Origin: Planctomycetota bacterium
GTDB taxonomy: Bacteria > Planctomycetota > B15-G4
DNA length: 64,000 nt
Assembly (NCBI GenBank): GCA_038212275.1
Contig: JBBQUR010000023.1
Location: 1 to 64,000, forward strand
Direction of reading: 5' to 3'
The number at the start of each line of letters is the position of its first letter. Position 1 is the first letter of the stretch. This document shows positions 8,387 through 18,389 of the stretch, one piece after another. Under the pieces are notes generated by a model. That model did not search any database and was not told the origin of the DNA. It worked only from the letters and a program-made list of their open reading frames with translations. A program made the translations under genes and the position numbers.

Positions 8387-10612
8387 TCAGGGGCCTCGAC
8401 GCAGCAGGGCTGAGGCCCATGCGGCCGCGGGGCCTCCCGCGGTGGACGCCGCAACGGCGAGTTCGTCGCGCAGAGCGGTCTCGTCCGCGTGGAGCTGGTC
8501 CAGCATGTGCAGCAGCACGGCCGCGTCGCCCCGCAGCAGGGCGGCGCGCTCCACGGCGGAGAGCCTGTCGCTGGCGGCGCGGAGCCGGGCAAGGCGCGTG
8601 GCGGCCAGCACGCGCGGCGCCGTGTATTCGCCGTCGCCGTTCGCGTCGAGGAAGACGGGATTGGTCGCGCCGAGGGTGTAGTGATTCACTGCGGGCCAGA
8701 ACGGGCCCTCCACCGCATCGCCCGTGACCACCGCCACGAGCCAGGCGTCGTGGCCAGAAAGCGTGACTTCGAAGGGCAGCTCCACGTCCGTCGGCAGGCC
8801 TTCGATGTGCTCGAGATCCGTGCGCGCGACTTCGACGCCGTCGAGGAAGAGCCTCGCGATGCGCGGCACGACCCACGCCGGCGCGCGCACGGTCAGCACC
8901 GCGTTCACGTGGCCGCTGCCCGCCGGCACGAGGTCGCCCATCGTGAAGCGGCCGTCGACGCGCAGCCGCGTGAAGATGCCCTGGCCGAAGCTCGTGCGGC
9001 CCTGCGCGATCGCGCGGCACGCCGCGTTCACGTCGATCGCGGCCGGGTCGTCCGTCGCGCTCGGCACCCACGTGCGGCCCTGGCCCACCGGGTCGCCCAC
9101 GGTGTGACTGTCCGACGAGCCCACCGCCGCGATGCGCTCGCCGCGATTGAGCAGCGCGAACCAGTCGGTGAAGAGCGGCAGCGGATCGGGATGCGCATCG
9201 GTGGAGTTGGTGAGTTCCATCGCATCGAAGGTGAAGGCCGAGCCGGTGGCGCGCGCGCCGGTCAGCGTGTCGAGGCCGAAGCGCGCGAAGGGCGAGCGAT
9301 CCGCGTCGGGCCAGCGCGGGTGATTCAGCACGACGGTCTGCGCGCCGGCCGCGCGGATGCCGGCCACGAGCGCCACCCAGTCATCGAGGCGATGCTCCGG
9401 CGGCGGCCGCGACGGGTCCAGCGGAAACGCATTGAAGTGGCCGTTGTCGGTGGTCACCTCATCGCCGGACACGGCGGTGTACCAGGGGCCGAGGCCCAGC
9501 TGCTGCTGCCGCGGGCGGTAGTCGGTGACGTGGTTGTGGTCCGTGGCGATGGCCAGCTCCACGCCCTCGCCCGCCAGCGTCCACAGCCGCTCGTCGAGGT
9601 TCGCGTCGCCGTGGCCGCTGAAGGTGAGCGTGTGCAGGTGCGTGTCCGCCGCGATGAAGCCCGTGGTGTCCACCTCGCGGCGCAGCTCGACGGAGACCTC
9701 GAGCGGAACACGCGGGTCGGGCCGCGGCATCCCGTCATGCGGCGCGCTGGCGTCGCGTGACGCGTCCGGCACGTCCGCCACGTCCGGCGCGTCCGGCGCG
9801 TCCGGTGCGATCGCCGCGGGAATCGTCGCGCGGGCGAGACTCCACTCGGGGCCGTGGAGGAAGCATGCGTCGATCGCGTAGCTCGGGAGCAGCAGGTCCG
9901 TCGGGGCGTCGCCCGTGTAGAGCAGGCCGTCACGCAGCGGCAGCTCGGTGGCGCCGGCGGGGCGCACGATGAATTCCTGCGGCACGGGCACGCCCGCGGC
10001 GTCGGTGAGCGTGACGCGCGCCGGCAGCGCGGCGCCGGTGCCCGACGCGCGGACGTCGAGCCGCACCCGACGCAGCCCGAGCGCGTCCGCCAGCGGGCGC
10101 TCCGCGAGGCGCAGCGGACCGCAGGTGATGTCGTCGGAGCCTCCGTCCGGATCGGGCGCCTCGAGCTGCAGCGTGTTGCTGCCATTCACCAGCACGCCGG
10201 GCGGCACGCGATAGGCCACCTCGCGGCGCGCCTCGAGCGGACGCAGCCGCGCCACGAGCGTGCCGTTGATGCGCAGCTCCCAGCGCGCGCTCACGTTGCG
10301 CTGCGTGACGAAGAGCGTCTGCTCCGCGCCCGTGTCGCGCCCCTCGAAACTCAGCGACAGCGTCACGCCCTCGGGCGTCGCGCCGGCCTCCACCCACTCC
10401 GGCTTCGTGTCGTCACCGAGGTGATGCGCCGCGGCTTCGAGCACGCGGCCTTGCGCCCGCGCGGCGGACGCATCCTGCGCGTCGCCGGTGACGGCGCCTG
10501 CGCGCGATGCCATCGGCGCCAACAGGACTCCCGCCACCAGCAGGGCGAGCCACGGCGCGCGGCCGGCCCCGCCCGGCGAGGATGCGTCTGCGTCTGAACA
10601 CTTCACGATCAA
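8387..10612 (-). CDS. Secreted PHP-domain metallohydrolase (CehA/McbA-like)
   Basis: DTHLHT, ATDHN, GHFNAFP, LNHPR, GSSDSH metal-binding motifs; N-terminal hydrophobic signal. Confidence 0.85.
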   Translation of the reverse strand: MIVKCSDADASSPGGAGRAPWLALLVAGVLLAPMASRAGAVTGDAQDASAARAQGRVLEAAAHHLGDDTKPEWVEAGATPEGVTLSLSFEGRDTGAEQTLFVTQRNVSARWELRINGTLVARLRPLEARREVAYRVPPGVLVNGSNTLQLEAPDPDGGSDDITCGPLRLAERPLADALGLRRVRLDVRASGTGAALPARVTLTDAAGVPVPQEFIVRPAGATELPLRDGLLYTGDAPTDLLLPSYAIDACFLHGPEWSLARATIPAAIAPDAPDAPDVADVPDASRDASAPHDGMPRPDPRVPLEVSVELRREVDTTGFIAADTHLHTLTFSGHGDANLDERLWTLAGEGVELAIATDHNHVTDYRPRQQQLGLGPWYTAVSGDEVTTDNGHFNAFPLDPSRPPPEHRLDDWVALVAGIRAAGAQTVVLNHPRWPDADRSPFARFGLDTLTGARATGSAFTFDAMELTNSTDAHPDPLPLFTDWFALLNRGERIAAVGSSDSHTVGDPVGQGRTWVPSATDDPAAIDVNAACRAIAQGRTSFGQGIFTRLRVDGRFTMGDLVPAGSGHVNAVLTVRAPAWVVPRIARLFLDGVEVARTDLEHIEGLPTDVELPFEVTLSGHDAWLVAVVTGDAVEGPFWPAVNHYTLGATNPVFLDANGDGEYTAPRVLAATRLARLRAASDRLSAVERAALLRGDAAVLLHMLDQLHADETALRDELAVAASTAGGPAAAWASALLRRGP

Positions 10613-10769
10613 CTCCCGCGGCCTCGTGCCGCGCGGCCACGGCGAAGCGGAGCGTGCGTGCAGCCGCCACCCGCTCGGGTGCGTGGCACGAGGTCACGGG
10701 AATCCTAAGCGGTCACTCCCGGATTCTCACCTGTCCGCACCGCGCGACGCGACTCCGCCGGCAGGCGCC

Positions 10770-11927
10770 TCAGAACTTGAAGCCGATGTGCAGCGGGATC
10801 GTGACGCCGTAGGTGTCGCCGGTGTAGCGCGTGTCCAGCGAGTAGGCGCCTTCATCGAGGTCGCCGAAGGTCGTGGTCCACTCGTTGCCCGTGATGGTCG
10901 GCATGAGCGTCATCGTCCACGGTGCATCGCCATCGATCGTGCGCGTCAGCGTCACCTCCAGCTGCCCGGAGCGCGCGGTGTCCCCCATGCCGCTCACGCG
11001 CAGACGGCCGTCGCCGCCGGTGGCGCTGACCGGGCGCGTCGTGAAGGTGAGCGGACCGAGCAGCGGCCTGGGCGCGAGAATGGAACCGAGCTGGTCGGGG
11101 AAGACCGGGCCGCCCGCATAGAGAGGCGGCAACACGGACCACTGCCCGAAGAGCGGCCCGCCCAGCTTCAGGAAGGTCTTCGCGCCTTTCTTCGAGGCCT
11201 TGGCGAAGGTGTCGTGAGACTTCGCGAAGCCGCTGCAGACGGAATCCTGGAAGCTGTCGTAGCTGCTGCAGCCGCCGGCGAAGAGATCGATGGGCGCGCC
11301 GCCGAAGTCCAGTCCATTGTCGGCGATGAGCATGCTGCCGCCGAGGATCACCGACTGATACGCGTCGACGCCCGACTGGAAGATGGAGCGCCGCAGCGAG
11401 TCGGCGGCGTCGTGGAAGCCGTCCTGCAACTCGTCGTTGTCGATCGCACCGTCCTTGTATTGCGCGCCGAGCAGCGAGACGGTGCTGTTGTAGAGGGAGA
11501 ATCCGCTCTTGATCTCGAACTTCACGTCGGCTGCGGCGGCCTTGGTGAGGCTTGCGTAGCTCTTGAGCAGCAGCTTCTCGTCCGGGTTCACGGTCACGAG
11601 GTAGGTGTGCGTCGCGGGCGGACAGTCTCCGCCCATGCTCTGCACGGTGAGCATGGTCCAGCCGACCTTGACTCCGGTGAGGCCGATGGTTGCGCCCGTG
11701 ACATCGGTGCCCGAGAGACTGGAGAGCTGCACGATGGTCGGGTCCTCCACGCTGGCCGTGTAGTCGAAGTGACAGCCCTGGAAGTTCTTGAGCTTGACGT
11801 TGAACGAGGCGTCGAGCTTCAGCTCGATGGCCGTCCCGCTCGGCGGCGTCGCGATGGAGGCGATGGCCGTGGCGCAGAGCAGCGCGAGCGTGGCGGGCAA
11901 GAGCACGAGCGAGCGAGTGGCAAGCAT
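10770..11927 (-). CDS. Secreted hypothetical protein (beta - helical - beta architecture)
   Basis: GAGGAG RBS before ATG 11927; signal-like MLATRSLVLLPATLALLCATAIA; good codon usage. Confidence 0.75.
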   Translation of the reverse strand: MLATRSLVLLPATLALLCATAIASIATPPSGTAIELKLDASFNVKLKNFQGCHFDYTASVEDPTIVQLSSLSGTDVTGATIGLTGVKVGWTMLTVQSMGGDCPPATHTYLVTVNPDEKLLLKSYASLTKAAAADVKFEIKSGFSLYNSTVSLLGAQYKDGAIDNDELQDGFHDAADSLRRSIFQSGVDAYQSVILGGSMLIADNGLDFGGAPIDLFAGGCSSYDSFQDSVCSGFAKSHDTFAKASKKGAKTFLKLGGPLFGQWSVLPPLYAGGPVFPDQLGSILAPRPLLGPLTFTTRPVSATGGDGRLRVSGMGDTARSGQLEVTLTRTIDGDAPWTMTLMPTITGNEWTTTFGDLDEGAYSLDTRYTGDTYGVTIPLHIGFKF

Positions 11928-12113
11928 GGGCGGTCTCCTCCGGTGGGCGGTGACGCCGTGAGGCGTCGGGTCGCAGGCGTCTTTCCGAACGCGCCAACAA
12001 ACTAGCAGAAGAGCGCCTCGCGACGAGGCGAGCGCCACTCACGCGCCAGACCTCCGCACGCTTCGCGACCCTAAGATGCGACGCGCCCCATCCCGCTCCG
12101 GAGTGCCCGCGCC

Positions 12114-13559
12114 ATGTCCTGCTCCCCACTGCACCACGCCGCCGGGCTCATGCTCGGAGTCCTCGCCCTGTGCTCGCGCGCCGCCACGCAGGATGAGCCG
12201 GCCTTCACCATCGAGCGCCTCGAGGCACGCGACGGCAGCGTCGTCGAAGCGCAGCTCGGACAGCTCGAGGTCCCCGAGCGTCGCGCTGCAAAGGACAGTC
12301 GCGCGATCACGCTGAGTTTTCTGCGCGTGAAGTCGGAGGCGGAGCATCCCGGCACGCCCGTCTTCCTGCTGGCCGGCGGCCCGGGCGGTTCGGCCATCGA
12401 ACTGCTGCGCAGGCATGTCACCGGCGGCGGCGCCGCGTATCTCGGCCTGTTCGGCGCTGACCTCGTGGCGCTGGACCAGCGCGGCGTCGGACTTTCGGAA
12501 CCCAATCTCGACAGCGACACACTCTTCCCGCTGCCGCTCGACGTGCCCGGCGATCCTGCGGTCATGCTCGCGGCCATGCAGGAAGTCTGCAAGGCGGAAG
12601 CGGCGCGCTGGCGCGAGCAGGGCGTCGACCTCGCGGGCTACACGACCCTCGAGAGTGCGGACGACATCGCCGACCTGGCCCGCCAGCTCGGCTACGCGAA
12701 GATCTCCTTCTGGGCGGAGAGCTACGGCACGCACCTCGCGCTGCAGACCATCCGCCGGCACGAGGCGCTCGTCGATCGCGCGGTGCTCGTCGGCCCGGAA
12801 GGCCCGGACCACACGATGAAGCTGCCGAGCCAGACGCAGGAAGGCGTCGAGCGCATCGCCGCGCTCGTCGCTACCGAGCCCGGCCTGTCCGAGCAGATTC
12901 CGGACTTCACCGCGATGCTGGCCGGCGTCCTTGCGCAACTCGACAAGGCGCCGGTCTTCGTGGACGTCGCGGGCGAACGCGTCGGAGTGAGCAGGTTCGA
13001 CGTGCAGTGGTTGCTGTCCAACCTGATCGGCTCGGTCCGCGGCGGGATCGACGTCGTGCCCGCGATGGTCCTCGCGATGGACCAGGGCGACTACGAGCCG
13101 GTGGCGCGCGAGCTGGCCGACCTGCGCCGGAGCTTCGGAGTGGGCTCGGCCATGACCTGGATGATGGATTGCTCCTCCGGCCTCTCCGCAGCGCGCGCAA
13201 AGCGCATCGCAAAGGAGGCCGGCACCTGTCTGCTCGGCGATGCCGTGAACTTTCCGCACCCGAACGTGACCGCGGCCTGGGGCGCGAAGGACGCGGGCGA
13301 TGCCTGCCGCGCGCCATTGAAGGCGAAGACGCCCATCCTCTTTCTCGTGGGCGATCTCGACTCGCGCACGCCGATCAGCAATGCCGAAGAACTCATGCGC
13401 GACCTTCCCAATGCCCGACTCATCGTCGTGGAAAACGCCGCGCACGATCTCAATTGGATGCAGCCGGAGCTCCGCGAAGCCTGGCCGGCGTTCCTTGCCG
13501 GCAAGCCGGTGGAACTGACACACGTCGTGGCGCCGAGGCCGCGCTTCGCGCGGCCCTGA
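12114..13559 (+). CDS. Secreted alpha/beta hydrolase, TAP-like peptidase family
   Basis: LAGGPGGS, DQRGVG, nucleophile AESYG, GDLDSRTP, AAHD. Confidence 0.88.
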   Translation: MSCSPLHHAAGLMLGVLALCSRAATQDEPAFTIERLEARDGSVVEAQLGQLEVPERRAAKDSRAITLSFLRVKSEAEHPGTPVFLLAGGPGGSAIELLRRHVTGGGAAYLGLFGADLVALDQRGVGLSEPNLDSDTLFPLPLDVPGDPAVMLAAMQEVCKAEAARWREQGVDLAGYTTLESADDIADLARQLGYAKISFWAESYGTHLALQTIRRHEALVDRAVLVGPEGPDHTMKLPSQTQEGVERIAALVATEPGLSEQIPDFTAMLAGVLAQLDKAPVFVDVAGERVGVSRFDVQWLLSNLIGSVRGGIDVVPAMVLAMDQGDYEPVARELADLRRSFGVGSAMTWMMDCSSGLSAARAKRIAKEAGTCLLGDAVNFPHPNVTAAWGAKDAGDACRAPLKAKTPILFLVGDLDSRTPISNAEELMRDLPNARLIVVENAAHDLNWMQPELREAWPAFLAGKPVELTHVVAPRPRFARP

Positions 13560-13598
13560 CAGGACTTGCCGTAAGCGGCAGGTCCTGGGCGCGGCCGT

Positions 13599-13644
13599 TC
13601 ACACCACGGTCTGCTTGCGTCTCACACCACGGTCTGCTTGCGTC
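13599..13644. repeat. Perfect 23-bp tandem duplication of the 3' end of the DUF1328 gene
   Basis: TCACACCACGGTCTGCTTGCGTC at 13599-13621 and 13622-13644. Confidence 0.9.
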
Positions 13645-13789
13645 CGAAGATCAGCGAGATGACAAACGCCACGAGGAAGATCAGGAACAGGATCTTCGCC
13701 AGGCCGGCCGCCGTGCCCGCGATCCCGGTGAAACCGAGAACGCCCGCAATGATCGCGATCAGCAGAAAACCAAGAGACCAACGCAACAT
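13622..13789 (-). CDS. DUF1328 (YtjA-like) small membrane protein
   Basis: [49 protein letters not shown] upstream of ATG 13789. Confidence 0.92.
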   Translation of the reverse strand: MLRWSLGFLLIAIIAGVLGFTGIAGTAAGLAKILFLIFLVAFVISLIFGRKQTVV

Positions 13790-14154
13790 GGGAATGCTCC
13801 TTCCATCGGAGAGAAATGGCGCGGCTTGAGAGCCTCGTGAGAGACATGACTGCAAATGCCCTGCCATGTGAGTCGGAGGCCCGCCCGGCCTGACGTGGAG
13901 GCCGGACCTGCCGGGGCAGGAGGCCCAGGCCGGCACGCCAAGGCCGCCTTCCCACACACGAATCTACAAAGCGCCCCCGTGTCACCTCTTCGCTGCGGGC
14001 TTCAGCAAGCCGGGCTCCGGCCTTGTCATGCCACGCCGCGCCCGTCAGCTGGCCCGGGGCTCAGGCGTTGCCGGCCTGAGCGCAACCAGCCTCACGCCAT
14101 CGGGTTTGGAAGAGCACACCCGTTGACTTGCTCCATGCACCGGATTCCCGATTG

Positions 14155-14451
14155 ATGTCTGCGCCACCTGCTGCTCCTCTCCCGGAAAAGTCATCCGCGG
14201 CGCCGATGTCGCTTGGCGAGTCTCCATTCCGACAGGATGGAGGCTCGCCTCGCTTTTCTTCGAGCAGGCCCGAAGGCGCCGGACTCAACGGAATGTGGCA
14301 TGAGATGCGGCGCCAGCTCGTGGCCCCCTGGGGCCCGCTCCGCGCCGCGGACATCGCAAGGATCGACGCCCGCACGGCAGACATGCTGGATGAACTGGTG
14401 CGACGCCATCGCCTCGCCGCTGCGACGAGGCCGCGTGTCCACCTGCCGTAG
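14155..14451 (+). CDS. Divergent CsbD/YjbJ-like stress protein (tentative)
   Basis: GMWHEMRRQLVAPWGPLRAADIARID keeps the W-x10-WG-x-L-x3-D-x3-I spacing of CsbD; near DUF1328. Confidence 0.45.
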   Translation: MSAPPAAPLPEKSSAAPMSLGESPFRQDGGSPRFSSSRPEGAGLNGMWHEMRRQLVAPWGPLRAADIARIDARTADMLDELVRRHRLAAATRPRVHLP

Positions 14452-14491
14452 TGCCGCGCGCCTTGCGTGGCGACGGGCCACGCGCGCACGG

Positions 14492-15067
14492 TCAGCGCGA
14501 CGTGAGCGCAGGCCGGGACGACGACGCCACGCTGTCGGCCGGTGGCTGCGCCTGCGCGCTTCCCTGTGTCACGGACTCGGTGCTCGTGCCGGTGCGCGCC
14601 CGCATGGCCAACTGCTCCCCGGCGAGCGGAGCGCCTCCCCTGCCGGATGCCTGCAACACACCGAGATTGCTCCGCGCCGCAGCAAAGCCCTGTTCCGCGG
14701 CAAGACGGAACCATCTCGCGGCTTCGCTGCTCGAACGCCCGACACCGTGACCCGCGAAGTAGAGGGCGCCCAGATTGTTCTGCGCCGGCGCGTAGCCCTG
14801 CTCTGCCGACAGCCGGTACCAGTGCGCCGCGACCGACGCATCGGCGGGCATGCCCTGCCCGTCGTCGTGCATGAGACCGACGAGGTACTGGGCATCGGCG
14901 TCGCCCTGCTCCGCGAGCGGCGTCCACTCCGCGAGTGCCGTCGCGTAGTCGCCTCCGTTGTAGGCGTGCCAGCCGATCCGGTTGGGGCTCATGCAACCCG
15001 GCGCGGCGACGAGTGCAAGCACAGCCAGCGTGAAGAAAAGGCGGCCATCGCGTGTGGATGTCTTCAT
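14492..15067 (-). CDS. Sel1-like repeat lipoprotein
   Basis: AEQGDADAQYLVG, AEQGYAPAQNNLG, AEQGFAAARSNLG repeats; lipobox-like AAPGC. Confidence 0.88.
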   Translation of the reverse strand: MKTSTRDGRLFFTLAVLALVAAPGCMSPNRIGWHAYNGGDYATALAEWTPLAEQGDADAQYLVGLMHDDGQGMPADASVAAHWYRLSAEQGYAPAQNNLGALYFAGHGVGRSSSEAARWFRLAAEQGFAAARSNLGVLQASGRGGAPLAGEQLAMRARTGTSTESVTQGSAQAQPPADSVASSSRPALTSR

Positions 15068-15349
15068 GCACGCAACTATCGGAACGCCGGGCATGCGGGT
15101 TGAGGCGAACAGTCCGTGCGATGCGCGTTTCGTCTTCACAAAGCTCCGCGCGAGTGTGAAGACTCCGTCGCGCCGCGCGACGACGTGCGCTCTGCGCGAA
15201 AGCACGCCTCGCGCTTCACCCGGAATCCACCGCAGCTTTCGTGTCTCTTGCAGCGCGCCGGTCATGAAGGGCGCTGCAACACTCAGCCGCGACATGGGCG
15301 TCTCCACCGTCACCGCGAGACTTCATGCGATGGCAGCCGGAGGGCACAC

Positions 15350-15688
15350 ATGAACCACCTGCTCCGGCACAGATCCTCGACGGCTCCGATCGGACTGCAG
15401 CTTGCCGTGTGTGGCGCGGCGCTGGTGCTCGCCGCCACGGTGTTCGCGCTGTGGGACCGGCACTCCCAGTCGCTTCCGATCGAGGACACCGTGACGCAGC
15501 GAGCCAGGCTCGCGGCCGTGGGCGGGCGACCCATGACACTCGCCGAGGCGCCGCCGCAACGCCTCGACGCCGAACGCTCCTCGGTGGCCGACGAGGCCGG
15601 CGAGGCCGACCCCGTCGCCCACTTGGGTGCGGAGGACGCCGCAGCCGTCGTGCAGGACCTCGCGCCCGCTGTCATCGAGAACCGCTAG
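15350..15688 (+). CDS. Small single-TM hypothetical protein
   Basis: GGAGGG RBS before ATG 15350; hydrophobic LAVCGAALVLAATVFALW. Confidence 0.55.
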   Translation: MNHLLRHRSSTAPIGLQLAVCGAALVLAATVFALWDRHSQSLPIEDTVTQRARLAAVGGRPMTLAEAPPQRLDAERSSVADEAGEADPVAHLGAEDAAAVVQDLAPAVIENR

Positions 15689-15847
15689 GCCCGCGCAGCA
15701 GAGCAGGCGGTTCGCTCCGTCGTCGCTCTCCGCAGTTCCCTCGCCGGGGCCGGGCCGGTGCGAACCTGCGCGCGGCCGCTCGGCAGCGGGCCGATCAGCT
15801 CGACAACGGCGCGAACGGATGCGCCGTCCGCCGGGCACCGTCAGGCC

Positions 15848-16438
15848 TCATGCGGGTTTCCCCCCGTCCACGCCGGCGGCGGCGCGCGGTGCGTAGAGCC
15901 ATCGATAGAGCAGCCGCGTGGCACGCGGCATGATCACCCACGTGAGCATCGCCACGGGGATCGCCGTCGAGAGCGCGATGCTCACGACGAAGGGCAGGCC
16001 GGCGGGAATGAGGACGGCCAGCAGCATCACCTGCGGCAGCAGCGCGCACCACGTGACCAGCGCCATCTTCCATGCAGGCGGCGCGGAGGGCGGCGCGGGC
16101 ATGCCCGGCAGCGTGAACCACGTCTCCAGACCCGAGCGTCTTTGCGGCGTGTCGGCGGCGGTGGCGAGCGCGTCACCCGTCGCGACGAGTGCGCGCACCT
16201 CGGGCGCCGATTCCCAGCGTTGCAGCGCCGCCCGACTCGCGAAGCGCAGCAGGATGAAGTACTCGCCGCCGCCCGCGGTGAGCACGGAACTGCCCTGCAG
16301 CGTGCCCTCGCGCGAGGCGGACGCCACCAGCTCGCGGATCCACGCCTCGAAGGAGATCTGTGCTCCTGGGCGCGCGCGCCGCTGCAGCACGAACTTCACG
16401 GGGCCGTCCGGAGCCGCGCCGGAGACTGCTTCGTTCAT
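15848..16438 (-). CDS. Antibiotic biosynthesis monooxygenase (ABM)-like domain plus 2 TM protein
   Basis: FEAWI...LLRFAS...LQRWE, SGLETWF, PPAWKMALVTW, IMPRATRLLYRWL; GGAGG RBS. Confidence 0.8.
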   Translation of the reverse strand: MNEAVSGAAPDGPVKFVLQRRARPGAQISFEAWIRELVASASREGTLQGSSVLTAGGGEYFILLRFASRAALQRWESAPEVRALVATGDALATAADTPQRRSGLETWFTLPGMPAPPSAPPAWKMALVTWCALLPQVMLLAVLIPAGLPFVVSIALSTAIPVAMLTWVIMPRATRLLYRWLYAPRAAAGVDGGKPA

Positions 16439-16461
16439 GGCGCAACCCTCCGCAGCGAGAC

Positions 16462-18300
16462 TCAGAACACGAAGCAGGCGCAGCCCGTATCCCACGGCGA
16501 GTGGCCGGCGAAGGGGCCACCGGGCGCGTCGACGGCCGCGCTCGAGACACCGCCCGCCGTCTCCGTCCGCGACGTCGACGACGCGCCTCCCGCTGCGCGT
16601 CCGCGCGCGGCCGTCGGTGACCAGTCGGGACTTGCGGGCGGCAGTGGCGGCGCGTGCGACGCGAAGGCGTCCGCACCGTGCACGATGCGCCCGCCGACGA
16701 CGGTGAGCACCGACTCCAGCCGCTTGATGGATTCTTCCGGAACGCTGAAGTAGTCGGCGCTGAGCACGGCGAGATCCGCGTGGCGACCGACGGCAAGCGT
16801 GCCCTTGGCGTCTGCTTCGCCGGAGAACCACGCGCTTCCCTGCGTGTAGAGACGCAGCGCGTCGGTGCGGGAGAGGCGGTTGTCGGGCGCGGCCAGCTGC
16901 GTGCCGCCCACAGACTTGCCGGTGACCATCCAGTAGAGCGCGACCCACGGGTTGTAGCTGGCGACGCGCGTCGCGTCCGTGCCGGCGCCCACCGGGATGC
17001 CGAGGTCGAGCATGCGCCGGATCGGCGGCGTGTGCCGTGCTGCGGCCGTGCCGTAGCGCTTGATGAAGTGCTCGCCCTGGAAGGCCATGCGCGACTGCAC
17101 GGCAATGCCGCCGCCCAGCGCGGCCGTGCGCTCGAGGCTGGCGGGCGTCGCCGTCTCGGCGTGATCGAACCACCAGCGCAGGCCGGCGAAGGGCACCTCG
17201 CGATTCACGCGCTCGAACACGTCGAGGAAGCGGCGGATGGACTCGTCGTAGGTGGCGTGCAGCCGGAAGGGCCAGCGCTGCTCCACGAGGTGGCGCACCA
17301 CCGCGTGCAGGCTGTCCTCGAGCGAGGCGGGCAGATCGGGGCGCGGCTCCAGGAAGTTCTCGAAGTCGGCGGCGGAGTAGACCAGCATCTCGCCCGCGCC
17401 GTTGAGCTTGTAGAAGTCGTCGCCCTGGCCGGGCTTCGTCGTCGAGGTCCACTTGCGGAAGTCGTCGAGCTCCTGGCCGGGCCGCTGCGTGAAGAGGTTG
17501 TAGGCGATGCGCAGAGTGAGTTCGTCGCGCCCGTGCAGGTGCTCGATGACCTTGTAGTCCTCGGGATAGTTCTGGAAGCCGCCGCCCGCGTCGATGACGG
17601 AGGTGAGGCCGAGATGATTGAGCTCGCGCATGAAGTGCCGCGAGGAGTTCACCTGGTCGTCCCAGCCGAGCTTCGGGCCCCTGGCGAGCGTGGAGTACAG
17701 GATCATCGCGCTGGGCTTGGCGATGAGCAGCCCGGTGGGGTCGCCCTTCGCATCGTGCTGGATCTCGCCGCCCGGCGGGTTCGGCGTGTTGCGGTCGTAG
17801 CCGAGCACGCGCAGCGCGGCGGCATTCAGCAGCGCGAGGCCGTACAGATAGAGGATGAAGACCGGCGTGTCCGGCGCCGCGGCATTGATCTCCGCGAGCG
17901 TCGGCATGCGCCGCTCCGCGAACTGGAACTCCGTCCAGCCGCCCACCACGCGCACCCACTGAGGCGCCGGCGTGCGCTGCGCCTGTTCACGCAGCAGCCG
18001 CAGCGCGTCCGCGAGCGACGGCACGCCGTCCCAGCGCAGCTCCATGTTGTAGTTGAGGCCGCCGCGAATGGTGTGGATGTGAGAATCCACGAGGCCGGGG
18101 ATCACGGTCCGCCCGCCGAGTTTCACCACGCGCGTGGACGGGCCGACGTGGCGCTGCACGTCGGCGTCGCTCCCCACGGCCACGAAGGCGCCGCCGCGGA
18201 TGGCGAGCGCGCTGGCCGACGGGCGCGCCGGGTCGAGCGTCGCGATCCGGCCTCCCGTCAGCACGAGATCGGCCATGGTTTCTGCGGATGAAGCGGACAT
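16462..18300 (-). CDS. YtcJ-like amidohydrolase (amidohydrolase_3)
   Basis: PGLVDSHIH, FRLHATYDE, FDHAE, GAGTDATRV, C-terminal GCACFVF; GAGGAGG RBS. Confidence 0.92.
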   Translation of the reverse strand: MSASSAETMADLVLTGGRIATLDPARPSASALAIRGGAFVAVGSDADVQRHVGPSTRVVKLGGRTVIPGLVDSHIHTIRGGLNYNMELRWDGVPSLADALRLLREQAQRTPAPQWVRVVGGWTEFQFAERRMPTLAEINAAAPDTPVFILYLYGLALLNAAALRVLGYDRNTPNPPGGEIQHDAKGDPTGLLIAKPSAMILYSTLARGPKLGWDDQVNSSRHFMRELNHLGLTSVIDAGGGFQNYPEDYKVIEHLHGRDELTLRIAYNLFTQRPGQELDDFRKWTSTTKPGQGDDFYKLNGAGEMLVYSAADFENFLEPRPDLPASLEDSLHAVVRHLVEQRWPFRLHATYDESIRRFLDVFERVNREVPFAGLRWWFDHAETATPASLERTAALGGGIAVQSRMAFQGEHFIKRYGTAAARHTPPIRRMLDLGIPVGAGTDATRVASYNPWVALYWMVTGKSVGGTQLAAPDNRLSRTDALRLYTQGSAWFSGEADAKGTLAVGRHADLAVLSADYFSVPEESIKRLESVLTVVGGRIVHGADAFASHAPPLPPASPDWSPTAARGRAAGGASSTSRTETAGGVSSAAVDAPGGPFAGHSPWDTGCACFVF

Positions 18301-18389
18301 GGCGGCCTCCTCGACGTGGCGTGGTGTGCGTGCCGTGGCGGGTTGCGCTGCGGGCATCGTCACTGTGCCGGCGCCCGCAGCGCGAGATC

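Noticed and set aside
10770..10790. C-terminal Phe in the secreted proteins ending at 10770 and 45837 as outer-membrane beta-signals
   Set aside because: Neither protein shows a beta-barrel pattern, and two terminal Phe residues are too weak as evidence.
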